DNA of 64,000 nt, from assembly GCA_035525785.1 (NCBI GenBank), contig DATLDQ010000033.1:37484-101483 (forward strand), given 5' to 3'. The stretch's first letter is position 1. Every line of letters begins with the position of its first letter. This document shows positions 21,565-29,547 of this stretch, piece by piece. The notes below the pieces were generated by a model. That model was not told where the DNA came from and ran no database searches. It was given only the letters and a program-made list of their open reading frames with translations. The DNA is from Steroidobacteraceae bacterium. Its GTDB lineage: Bacteria; Pseudomonadota; Gammaproteobacteria; Steroidobacterales; Steroidobacteraceae. The translations under genes were made by a program, and so were the position numbers.

Positions 21565-22662
21565 AATCCCGCCTTGAGCGATGCTTCCATGAAGGGGTCG
21601 AGGTGTCCGTCGAGCACCTTGTTGGTGTCGCCGATCTCGACGTCGGTGCGCAAATCCTTGATGCGCGACTGGTCGAGCACGTAGGAGCGGATCTGGTTGC
21701 CCCAGCTCACGTCGCTCTTCGCGTCTTCGAGCACCTTGGACGCGGCGTTGCGCTTGTTGACTTCGAGCTCGTACAACTTCGCCTTCAGCATCTTCATCGC
21801 GGTGGCGCGATTCTTGTGCTGACTGCGCTCGTTCTGGCAGGCAACGACGATACCGGTGGGACCGTGCGTCAATCGCACGGCCGATTCGGTCTTGTTCACG
21901 TGCTGGCCGCCGGCGCCGCTCGAGCGGTAGACGTCCATGCTGATGTCGGCGGGATTGAGGTCGATCTTGATGTCGTCATCGACTTCGGGCGACACGAAAA
22001 CCGAGGCGAACGAGGTGTGGCGCCGATTGCCCGAATCGAACGGCGACTTGCGCACGAGACGGTGTACGCCGGTCTCGGTGCGCAGCCAGCCATACGCGTA
22101 CTCGCCCATGATCTCGATGGTGGCACTCTTCATGCCCGCGACTTCACCGGCCTGGGAGTCGATGACCTCGGCATTGAAGCCGCGCTGCGCGGCCCACTTG
22201 AGATACATGCGCAGCAGCATCTGCGCCCAGTCCTGGGCCTCCGTGCCGCCCGCGCCCGCCTGGATGTCGAGGAAGGCGTTGTGCGAGTCCATCTCGCCGC
22301 GGAACATGCGCTTGAACTCGAGCTTGCGGACGTCGCCCTCGAGCTTGGCGGCATCGTTCTCGATCTCGCGCGCCATCCCCTCGTCGTTCTCGCTCTCGGC
22401 GAGCTCGAGTAGTTCGGAAGCGCTGCTGACACCGCCGGTGGCCTTGTCCATCTCGACGAGCTCGGTTGCGAGGCGCGCGCGCTCCTTGCCGAGCTCCTGC
22501 GCCTTCTCGGGCTTTTGCCAGACGTTGGGATCTTCGAGCTCGCGGCTTACTTCTTCGAGCCGCTCTTTCTTGATGTCGTACTCAAAGAAACCCCCTCAAG
22601 GAGCTCATGCGCTCCTCGAGGTCTTTGAGCTGACGCTTCAATTGACCTAGTTCTAATGCCAT
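21561..22662 (-). CDS. prfB: peptide chain release factor 2, made by programmed +1 frameshift
   Basis: Frame 0 (22662-22585) encodes [26 protein letters not shown] and then hits TGA. Shifting +1 continues [36 protein letters not shown]... into track ORF 21561..22451, which carries SPF and GGQHVNKT. Confidence 0.95.
22581..22596 (-). promoter_or_regulatory. RF2 +1 frameshift site
   Basis: The minus strand reads AGG GGG TTT CTT TGA G: an internal SD-like AGGGGG, slippery CTT, and an in-frame UGA. Confidence 0.9.
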
Positions 22663-22691
22663 GGGGTTTCGTTCTCGCGAGGGCGCGCATC

Positions 22692-23150
22692 CTACCTGAG
22701 TGCGCGCTCCATGAAAATCGACAAGGGGTCGGGTTTGTAGGGCGGAAATGCCGGTATTTCCTTGAAGCCGGCGCGGCGATACAGCCGCAACGCACCTACG
22801 CTGACGTTGCCGGTTTCCAGGCGCGCCAGCGGCAGGCCTTCGGCACGGGCCCAGTCGAGCAGTTTCACGAGCATGGCGAGTGCGATGCCACCGCCGCGCG
22901 CCTCGGGTTTGAGATACATGCGCTTGAGCTCGGCCCAGCCACCGCAGTGCTTGGCCGCGCCGCATCCCACGATCTCGCCGTCCTGTTCGACCACGAGGAA
23001 CACTCCGCGGCCCGTGGCCAGGGTTTCGGGCGAATCGAAATGGTTGCTCTCGGCCGGGTACAGGGCGGTGTTGAACGCGTCGAGCTCGGCGATCAGTGCG
23101 CGCGCCTCGGGCGACAGCGGGTCGCCGGCACGGATGGTGTAGTTAGTCAT
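22692..23150 (-). CDS. GNAT family N-acetyltransferase
   Basis: VGCGAAK..., RMYLKPEARGGGIALAML (acetyl-CoA loop), LETGNVSVGALRLYRRAGF. ATGA overlap with the recJ stop. Confidence 0.88.
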   Translation of the reverse strand: MTNYTIRAGDPLSPEARALIAELDAFNTALYPAESNHFDSPETLATGRGVFLVVEQDGEIVGCGAAKHCGGWAELKRMYLKPEARGGGIALAMLVKLLDWARAEGLPLARLETGNVSVGALRLYRRAGFKEIPAFPPYKPDPLSIFMERALR

Positions 23151-24856
23151 GGGAGCACGTGGTCGACCAGCAGCTGCAGCCGCCGTTCGCCCTTGTATTC
23201 GTTGATGTCGAGCCGGTAGACCAGCCGCACGTCGCCATCGGGCAGCGCCGGATCCTGGTCGGCACCCCTGAAATTGAACGCGATGGCGTCGAAGCTGCGG
23301 GCGCCGTCACCCGAGGTCACCCACATCTTGAGATGCTTCTCGCCCACCATGCGCGCGTTCTTCACGGCGAACACGCCGTCGAAACAGGGCTCGGGAAACG
23401 CCTGGCCCCAGGGCCCGCCCTCGCGCAGCGCCTGCGCCGTCTCGAGCGCGATCTCCTCGCTGCTGAGCTCGCCGTCGGTGTCGATGCGGTTGGCCGGGAC
23501 GGCCGGATCGCGCCACCGTGCCACTTCCTCGTCGAAGGCGCGCGCGAAGGAATCGAGACTGACCTCGTCGATGGTCAGCCCCGCGGCCATCGCGTGCCCG
23601 CCGAAACGGCTGATGAGCTCCGGATACCGCGCCGCCATGGCGTCGAGCACGTCGCGGATGTGGATGCCCGCGACCGAGCGGGCGGAGCCCCTGAGTTGAC
23701 CGTCACCCGCGCGCGCGAAGGCGATCACCGGGCGGCGGATGCGATCCTTGATGCGGCTCGCGACCAGGCCCACGACGCCCTGGTGCCAATCCGCGTCGAA
23801 CAGGCAGACGCCCTGCCGCGACGGACCTTCGGTGGCCGTGTCCCGCAGGTGACTCACGGCCGCGAGTGCCGCGCCCTGCATGCGCGCTTCGATCTCGCGC
23901 CTCTCGGAGTTCAGTTGATCGAGACGCATCGCAAGCGCCAGCGCTTCGCTCTCGGTGTCCGCCAGCAAGCAACGGATGCCGATGGACATGTCGTCGAGAC
24001 GCCCGGCGGCGTTGAGGCGCGGCCCGATGGTGAAGCCCAGGTCCGCCGCCGTGACCGTGGGCATCGAACGGTTACCGATGGACAGCAGCGCACGGATACC
24101 CGGCACCGCGCGGCCCGCGCGGATGCGACGAATGCCCTGCGACACCAGCACGCGGTTGTTGACGTCGAGCGGCACGAGGTCGGCTACGGTGCCGAGCGCG
24201 ACCAGGTCGAGAAAATCCGTGACCGGTGGCATCGCCACCGTGCCGAGCACGTCCAAGGCGCGCCGCACGGCCGCCATGACGTAAAACGCGACGCCGACAC
24301 CCGCGAGCGCCTTGCTGCCGAAATTGCAGCCCGGCACGTTGGGGTTCACGATGACGTCGGCAGCGGGCAGCACCGCTCCCGGCAGATGGTGGTCGGTGAC
24401 CAGCACCTGGATGCCGCGCTCGCGCGCCGCCGCGACGCCGGCGTTGCTCGAGATGCCATTGTCGACGGTGACGATCAGAGTCGGCGCACGTTCCGCGGCG
24501 AGACTGACGATCTCGGGTGTGAGCCCGTAACCGAACTCGAAGCGGTTGGGCACCAGGAAATCGACGGACGCGAAACCCCACGCGCGCAGGCAACGAACGA
24601 TGAGCGCGGTGCTGGTGGCGCCATCGGCATCGAAGTCGCCGACCACGACGATGCGGCGCTCGCGATGCGCGAGGATCAATCGCACGGCAGCGTCGACACC
24701 GTCGAGCGTACCCACGGGCATGAGCCGGTCGAGAGTGAGCGAGAGCTCGTGACTGTGGCGCACCCCGCGTGCCGCGTACGCGCGACGCAGCACCGGATGG
24801 AGACTCACGTCTCCCAACTCGACCGAACAACTGCGTCGCGAAATCACCAGCTCCAT
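23147..24856 (-). CDS. recJ: single-stranded-DNA-specific exonuclease RecJ
   Basis: Trimmed to ATG 24856. Has VVGDFDADGATSTA, VTVDNGISS, VTDHH, GGHAMAAG. Confidence 0.96.
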   Translation of the reverse strand: MELVISRRSCSVELGDVSLHPVLRRAYAARGVRHSHELSLTLDRLMPVGTLDGVDAAVRLILAHRERRIVVVGDFDADGATSTALIVRCLRAWGFASVDFLVPNRFEFGYGLTPEIVSLAAERAPTLIVTVDNGISSNAGVAAARERGIQVLVTDHHLPGAVLPAADVIVNPNVPGCNFGSKALAGVGVAFYVMAAVRRALDVLGTVAMPPVTDFLDLVALGTVADLVPLDVNNRVLVSQGIRRIRAGRAVPGIRALLSIGNRSMPTVTAADLGFTIGPRLNAAGRLDDMSIGIRCLLADTESEALALAMRLDQLNSERREIEARMQGAALAAVSHLRDTATEGPSRQGVCLFDADWHQGVVGLVASRIKDRIRRPVIAFARAGDGQLRGSARSVAGIHIRDVLDAMAARYPELISRFGGHAMAAGLTIDEVSLDSFARAFDEEVARWRDPAVPANRIDTDGELSSEEIALETAQALREGGPWGQAFPEPCFDGVFAVKNARMVGEKHLKMWVTSGDGARSFDAIAFNFRGADQDPALPDGDVRLVYRLDINEYKGERRLQLLVDHVLP

Positions 24857-24864
24857 GGCGGCGA

Positions 24865-25857
24865 TTATGCGAGAGATTCGAGCCAGCTGCGTCGTCGGCG
24901 CCAGAACTTCCAGGCGGAACGCCGCCGCACTTCGAACACCTTGTCGTTCGCGACCACGCGCAAGAGGTCGAGCTCGCCCTTCGACAGTGCATCGCGCGCG
25001 GGCGCGAACCATTTCTGTTCGAGGTCGAGCAGGGATTCGCCGGCGGCGCCGGACATCGGTGCGAATTCGATGAACGTGGATTCTTGGCGTACCCATGCCG
25101 GGAAGCTCAATGGCGTGGGGGTCGGCGTTGCCGTGTCCATCAGTTGTTGCAGGGCGCTCACGTATGCGTCAGTGCCGTGCAGTTGAAACCGCGCACCGCC
25201 GAAGATCGGCCCCGGCAGCTCGGGGCGTTTGACGCCGCCACCCCAGACCCAGAGCGATGAAATCCGCGGCTGCCTCGCCTTCTCTCGCGACGCGTTCAGC
25301 GGCGATGAGTGCAGCCACATCTCGATTTCCGCGCCGAGCCGGCGCAGCTCGCCGGCCACCTTGGCGCCGCCCGGAAGTGCGAGCGCGATGTCCGAATCGA
25401 GCAGGCGTGCGGGATCGACCGTGGTGATGTCCGCTTCGGGCCCGCCGCGCAGCATCAGCGAAGTTCCGCCGCCGACCTCGAGCCCCAGCTCCTGGCCGAA
25501 CAACCGGGTGAACTCCCGCTGCAGCGCCTCCTGTTGATCGGATGGCACGCGCAGCAGCCCGCGGTTGCGCAGCCGAACGTGGTCCAGGCGGGCTTCGAGC
25601 GCCACCGGCGTCGCCATCCACGTGCCCTCCACGGGAAGCTTGGCGGCGAGCGCGCTCACATGCGCGATCGGCCAGTCGGCTACGGCGCCCGCGCCCAGCT
25701 CGCGCGACAGCCACGTACGCCAGTCGGCGATGCGCCGCGACTCCGCGAATCGCAGCAGTGCTTGCAGGGCCGGCAGTTCGAGCGTGGTCGGAAACGATTC
25801 CCGAACGACGTCGGCGGGCAGATAGAGGTCGGAAAGGATCAGCGTGAGCCGGCGCAT
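24865..25857 (-). CDS. conserved hypothetical protein (330 aa)
   Basis: Clean ORF with ATG start. Stop lies 8 nt before the recJ ATG. No motif I can name. Confidence 0.6.
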   Translation of the reverse strand: MRRLTLILSDLYLPADVVRESFPTTLELPALQALLRFAESRRIADWRTWLSRELGAGAVADWPIAHVSALAAKLPVEGTWMATPVALEARLDHVRLRNRGLLRVPSDQQEALQREFTRLFGQELGLEVGGGTSLMLRGGPEADITTVDPARLLDSDIALALPGGAKVAGELRRLGAEIEMWLHSSPLNASREKARQPRISSLWVWGGGVKRPELPGPIFGGARFQLHGTDAYVSALQQLMDTATPTPTPLSFPAWVRQESTFIEFAPMSGAAGESLLDLEQKWFAPARDALSKGELDLLRVVANDKVFEVRRRSAWKFWRRRRSWLESLA

Positions 25858-25877
25858 GCCGCTATCGTATCGGACCC

Positions 25878-26252
25878 ATGCAGTTCACCCAGCACAACCC
25901 GGAAGGCTTGAACGTCATCCGCAGCTACGGCGCGGACTTCGTGACCGTGAACGGGGAAGAGATCCGCACGAGCTGCATCGTCGGCCCGGACACGCTCATC
26001 CGGGATTGGCCGCCACGTGACGTGCCCTCGCTCGAGGTCGTGCATCTTGCGCCGTTGCTCGAGCTCAGCCCCGAAGTGGTGGTGCTGTCGACGGGCGCGC
26101 GCCAGCAATTCCCGCGCGCGGCGCTGCGCGCGGAATTCGCGACGAGGAAGATCGGAATCGAGGTGATGGAAATCGGCGCGGCGTGCCGCACGTACAACGT
26201 GCTGGTCAGCGAAGGCCGGAAGGTGTTGGCCGCGGTGCTCTTGCCCGGTTAA
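25878..26252 (+). CDS. Mth938-like (DUF498) domain protein
   Basis: 124 aa: ...VIRSYGADFVTVNGEEIRTSCIV...EVVVLSTGARQQFP...IGIEVMEIGAACRTYNVL, the typical family pattern. Confidence 0.75.
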   Translation: MQFTQHNPEGLNVIRSYGADFVTVNGEEIRTSCIVGPDTLIRDWPPRDVPSLEVVHLAPLLELSPEVVVLSTGARQQFPRAALRAEFATRKIGIEVMEIGAACRTYNVLVSEGRKVLAAVLLPG

Positions 26253-26294
26253 CTCTGGCGCAATCGACTCTGGGGCTGCCTCACGCCCGACGAA

Positions 26295-26457
26295 GGGTTC
26301 CGGAAGAAGGCACAGGGGGAGAAAGTTTGTTTAGCGAGGCCAATGTTTCGAAGCTGACAGACTCGAATGACTGGCGAATTTCTTTTTCTTCTTGACGGCT
26401 TGTTCTTCTTGTTTCCGCGACTTCCCCGTTCTCCCCTGTGCCTTCATCCGGAACCCC
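26295..26457. repeat. 163-bp element bounded by 28-29-bp terminal inverted repeats (MITE-like or long hairpin)
   Basis: GGGTTCCGGAAGAAGGCACAGGGGGAGAA (26295-26323) versus the reverse complement of 26429-26457, GGGGTTCCGGATGAAGGCACAGGGGAGAA. One mismatch plus one indel; 105-nt interior. Confidence 0.8.
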
Positions 26458-26603
26458 TGGTAAGGGAGTTGCCGATGTCGGCGAGCGGCGACATCAAAAC
26501 ATGTTAAATCCTGACTGACAAGCCTCCGCCATTGGCGCTGACAACTCGGTGAAATATGGGTGGTTTCGTTGCCAGCCAAAACAACGGGTTACGGGACAAA
26601 CCG

Positions 26604-26625
26604 TATTCGAGAATTTACTCGAATA
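26604..26625 (-). terminator. candidate terminator hairpin downstream of pcm
   Basis: TATTCGAG-AATTTA-CTCGAATA (8-bp stem) lies 17 nt after the pcm stop. On the minus strand it is followed by CGGTTTGTCCCGTAACCCGTTGTTTTGG. AT-rich stem and weak U tract. Confidence 0.3.
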
Positions 26626-26641
26626 GGTTGCCGCAGCGTCG

Positions 26642-27277
26642 CTATGAGACGCCGCCGAGCATCGGCACGAATGCCACCGAGCCCAGCACTTCGCGATCGA
26701 TGTGGTCACCCATCCTCGTGAACCGGATGAGCTGCTGTGCCCCTTCCGGTCCGACCGGCACGATGAGCCTGCCCTTGTTGGCCAACTGCGCGAACAGCGC
26801 GTCGGGGACCGACAGCGGCGCCGCCGCCACGAGGATGCCGTCGAAGGGCTTCTGCGACTTCCAGCCCGCGAAGCCGTCGCCGTGCTTCAGCATCACGTTC
26901 TTGACATCGAGTTCTTTGAGCGTCGCCTTCGCTCGCTTGTGCAAGGGGCCGATGCGTTCGATCGAGTAGATCTTCTTCACCAACGGCGCCAGCACGGCGG
27001 TCTGATAACCGCAGCCCGTGCCCACTTCCAGGACCTTGCCGATCTTGCGGTCGCCTTCGAGCAGCGCCTCGGTCATGCGCGCGACGATGTACGGCTGCGA
27101 GATGGTCTGCGAATGGCCGATGGGCAGCGCCGTGTCCTCGTAGGCGCGCGACGCCAGAGCTTCGTCGACGAAGATGTGCCGCGGCACGTTACGGATGCGA
27201 TCGAGCACCGCCAGATTGCGAATGCCCTGCTCCTGCAGGCGATGGATGAGGCGGTCGCGCGTGCGCGCGGACGTCAT
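26642..27277 (-). CDS. pcm: protein-L-isoaspartate O-methyltransferase
   Basis: Trimmed to MTSARTRDRLIHRLQEQGI. Has TISQPYIVARM and VLEVGTGCGYQTAVLA. Confidence 0.94.
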   Translation of the reverse strand: MTSARTRDRLIHRLQEQGIRNLAVLDRIRNVPRHIFVDEALASRAYEDTALPIGHSQTISQPYIVARMTEALLEGDRKIGKVLEVGTGCGYQTAVLAPLVKKIYSIERIGPLHKRAKATLKELDVKNVMLKHGDGFAGWKSQKPFDGILVAAAPLSVPDALFAQLANKGRLIVPVGPEGAQQLIRFTRMGDHIDREVLGSVAFVPMLGGVS

Positions 27278-27314
27278 GCCGATGCCCGCGTGACGCCCGT
27301 TCATCGCGCCCGTC

Positions 27315-28088
27315 TCACGAGGAAATCCAGGCGCGTACCGGCTCGAGTGCGTCGCGATCGGTGAGATCGACGGTGAGCGGGGTCACCGACACGTAGCCAT
27401 TGAGGACCGCATCGAAGTCCGTGCCCGGGCCCGCATCCTGGCTCGCACCCGCCGGGCCTACCCAGTAGACAGGTCGGCCGCGCGGATCCTCGGCGCGGAT
27501 CACGGCTTCGGAACGATGGCGATTGCCGAGGCGCGTGACCTTGATGCCCTTCACCTCGGCCAGCGGAAGATTCGGCACGTTGACGTTGAGGATGGTGGCG
27601 CGGCCCATGGCGACCACCAGCGGCGTCGTCACCAGCCGCTCGGCGATGACACGGCCGAAGTGCGCGCCGGTGGCGAAGTGGCGCGTGGCATCGCCTGGGA
27701 GGCCATCCGTGTGCAGCGATACCGCAACTGCCGGCTTGCCGAGGAAGCGGCCCTCGGTGGCCGCCGCCACCGTGCCCGAATAGAGCACGTCATCGCCGAG
27801 ATTCGATCCGTCGTTCACACCGGAGACGACCATGTCGGGCTCGAACGGAAACACACCCGAGATCGCCAGGTGCACACAATCGGTCGGCGTGCCGCCCTGC
27901 ACGAAGTAGATGTCGGCATCCGCCTGCTCGAGACGCAAGGGCATGTCCAGTGTCAGGGAATTGCTGGCACCACTGCGGTTGCGGTCTGGCGCCACCACTG
28001 TGAGATCGCCGAGACCCGAGAGCGCTTCGCGCAGCGCATGTATGCCGCGCGCGCGGTAACCATCGTCGTTGGATATGAGGATTCGCAC
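27315..28088 (-). CDS. surE: 5'/3'-nucleotidase SurE
   Basis: (V)[40 protein letters not shown] start. Confidence 0.95.
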   Translation of the reverse strand: MRILISNDDGYRARGIHALREALSGLGDLTVVAPDRNRSGASNSLTLDMPLRLEQADADIYFVQGGTPTDCVHLAISGVFPFEPDMVVSGVNDGSNLGDDVLYSGTVAAATEGRFLGKPAVAVSLHTDGLPGDATRHFATGAHFGRVIAERLVTTPLVVAMGRATILNVNVPNLPLAEVKGIKVTRLGNRHRSEAVIRAEDPRGRPVYWVGPAGASQDAGPGTDFDAVLNGYVSVTPLTVDLTDRDALEPVRAWISS

Positions 28089-28106
28089 CGGCGCGCAATA
28101 TACTCA

Positions 28107-28679
28107 ATGCCTCAACGCGGAGGTAGCTTGAGCGGCAAACGCGTCCCGGAGGCAGACGAGGCCGAAGCCCAGGTGTTTCGCGAGGCGGTGAGTGACGTGA
28201 AGCCACTGCCGCAGCGCAAGCGCGTGCCACCGGCACCGCGCAAGCCGCCCGCGCGCGCGCGCTTCACCGCCGCGGACCGCGCGATGGTGCTCGTGGAAAG
28301 CCTGCAGGGTTTCGGCGAGAGCGAAATACTCGATTCGGGCGACGAGATCTCGTTCCGCCGCGACGGCATCCAGGATCGCGTGATGCGCCGGCTCAAACGT
28401 GGCGAGTATCGAGTCGAGGATGTCTGCGACCTGCACGGATTGCGCGTCGACGAGGCCAAGGCGGCACTGCGCGAGTTCCTGGCCGAGGCGCTGGCGCGGC
28501 AACTCACGTGCGTGCGCATCATCCATGGCAAGGGAAACGGCTCCGGGAATCGCGGGCCCGTGCTCAAGACCGCGGTGAACATGATCCTGCGCAAGACCGG
28601 CCCCGTGCTGGCGTTCACTTCGGCGCGACGCGTCGACGGCGGCACCGGCGCCATCAACGTCCTGCTCGGCGTCATTTAA
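28107..28679 (+). CDS. Smr domain protein (SmrA/YdaL-like)
   Basis: ATG 28107. Has VFREAVSDVKPLPQ and the C-terminal Smr domain DLHGLRVDEAKAAL...VRIIHGKGNGS. Only 18 bp separate it from the divergent surE start. Confidence 0.85.
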   Translation: MPQRGGSLSGKRVPEADEAEAQVFREAVSDVKPLPQRKRVPPAPRKPPARARFTAADRAMVLVESLQGFGESEILDSGDEISFRRDGIQDRVMRRLKRGEYRVEDVCDLHGLRVDEAKAALREFLAEALARQLTCVRIIHGKGNGSGNRGPVLKTAVNMILRKTGPVLAFTSARRVDGGTGAINVLLGVI

Positions 28680-28727
28680 TGGGGACATTCCTCATTTGCA
28701 GCAAATGGGGACGCGGCCGGCTCGATG
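28677..28727 (+). repeat. GGGGAC cassette copy A (stop codon, GGGGAC, palindrome, GGGGAC, ATG)
   Basis: TAATGGGGACATTCCTCATTTGCAGCAAATGGGGACGCGGCCGGCTCGATG, beginning at the smr TAA. Near-identical inverted copy at 43816-43863. Confidence 0.85.
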
Positions 28728-28778
28728 TGCCAGGTCAGCAAACGGGAGAGCACTCTCCTCGCCGTGCTCGCCTGCCAC

Positions 28779-29546
28779 CTACTTTTTCTTGGCGAACATC
28801 TTCGCCAGCCGCTCGCGCGTCGCGGGCACGCTGAACATCTCGGTGCCCATCTCCGCGAACTCGGCGGCGTGTCGTCCGGCATCGGCCGGTGCGCCGAACA
28901 GAGCGTGCAGGTCCTGGCGCGCGAGCGCCCGTGTGCGGAGCATCGGCTCGCGCGGCAATGCGCAGATCTCCCTGGCCACGGCGAGGGCGCGCGCCGCGCA
29001 TTGCGCAGCCTCGCAGAGCTCATCGACGAGCCCGACGCGCAGCGCCGTCGCGGGGTCGATGAGCGCGCCGCGTGTCAGTAGCTGCGCGGCATGTCCGCCG
29101 ACCAGGCGGCGGAACGCACCGTGGATCACCGGGCCGGGGAAGAGCCCGACCTGCACCTCGTTGAGCCCGAGACGGAACTCGCCCTGCGACATCACGCGAT
29201 AGTCCGCGTGGATGGCCAGCACCGTGCCGCCGGCCGGGCAATGACCCGTGATGCCGAATACCACTGGCACCGGCGACATCGCCAGCGCGTGCTGCGCGTG
29301 CCAGAGCGCCGCGAATACCTGCGTCATGCCGGCCCGATCCATGGCGAGGATCGCGGGCACGTCCAGCCCCGCCGAGAACACGCCTGGCTGGCCCGTGATG
29401 ACGATGGCCGCCGCTGCGCGCCCAGCGGCGACTGCTTCGCTGAACGCGGACAGCACCTGGCCGTTGAGCGCATTCACTGGCGGCCGCGCCAGGCGGATCT
29501 CGCGGATCGCAGCGTCGCCCTGGTCGTGTTCGATGATGTCGAGCAT
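28779..29546 (-). CDS. enoyl-CoA hydratase/isomerase (crotonase) family protein
   Basis: IRLARPPVNALN, VITGQPGVFSAGLDV, CPAGGTVLAIHADYRVM. Confidence 0.85.
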   Translation of the reverse strand: MLDIIEHDQGDAAIREIRLARPPVNALNGQVLSAFSEAVAAGRAAAAIVITGQPGVFSAGLDVPAILAMDRAGMTQVFAALWHAQHALAMSPVPVVFGITGHCPAGGTVLAIHADYRVMSQGEFRLGLNEVQVGLFPGPVIHGAFRRLVGGHAAQLLTRGALIDPATALRVGLVDELCEAAQCAARALAVAREICALPREPMLRTRALARQDLHALFGAPADAGRHAAEFAEMGTEMFSVPATRERLAKMFAKKK

Positions 29547-29547
29547 T

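Noticed and set aside
25459-25466. GGAACTT (minus strand), a sigma-E -35-like motif inside the hypothetical gene.
   Set aside because: No TCnaA-like -10 at the required 16-nt spacing. The site is intragenic.
26298-26316. TCCGGAAGAAGGCAC resembles the SRP (4.5S) RNA domain IV core GUCCGGAAGGAAGCAGC.
   Set aside because: The match is imperfect. The segment is one arm of a near-perfect 28-bp inverted repeat rather than an SRP helix-8 asymmetric-loop context. The flanking sequence does not resemble 4.5S RNA.
26331-26579. 82-aa minus-strand ORF in the low-GC spacer. A 10-codon mini-ORF with a strong SD also lies at 26475-26507.
   Set aside because: The 82-aa product includes a poly-Lys run read from a purine tract. 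It spans the inverted-repeat element and has no RBS. The mini-ORF has no downstream plus-strand gene to regulate. Both are noted only as context.
28725-29081. 118-aa plus-strand ORF that starts at the ATG of GGGGAC cassette copy A.
   Set aside because: About 300 of its 357 nt are antisense to a clear crotonase gene, and the product is Arg/Ala/Leu-rich and low in complexity. Only the cassette itself is kept.
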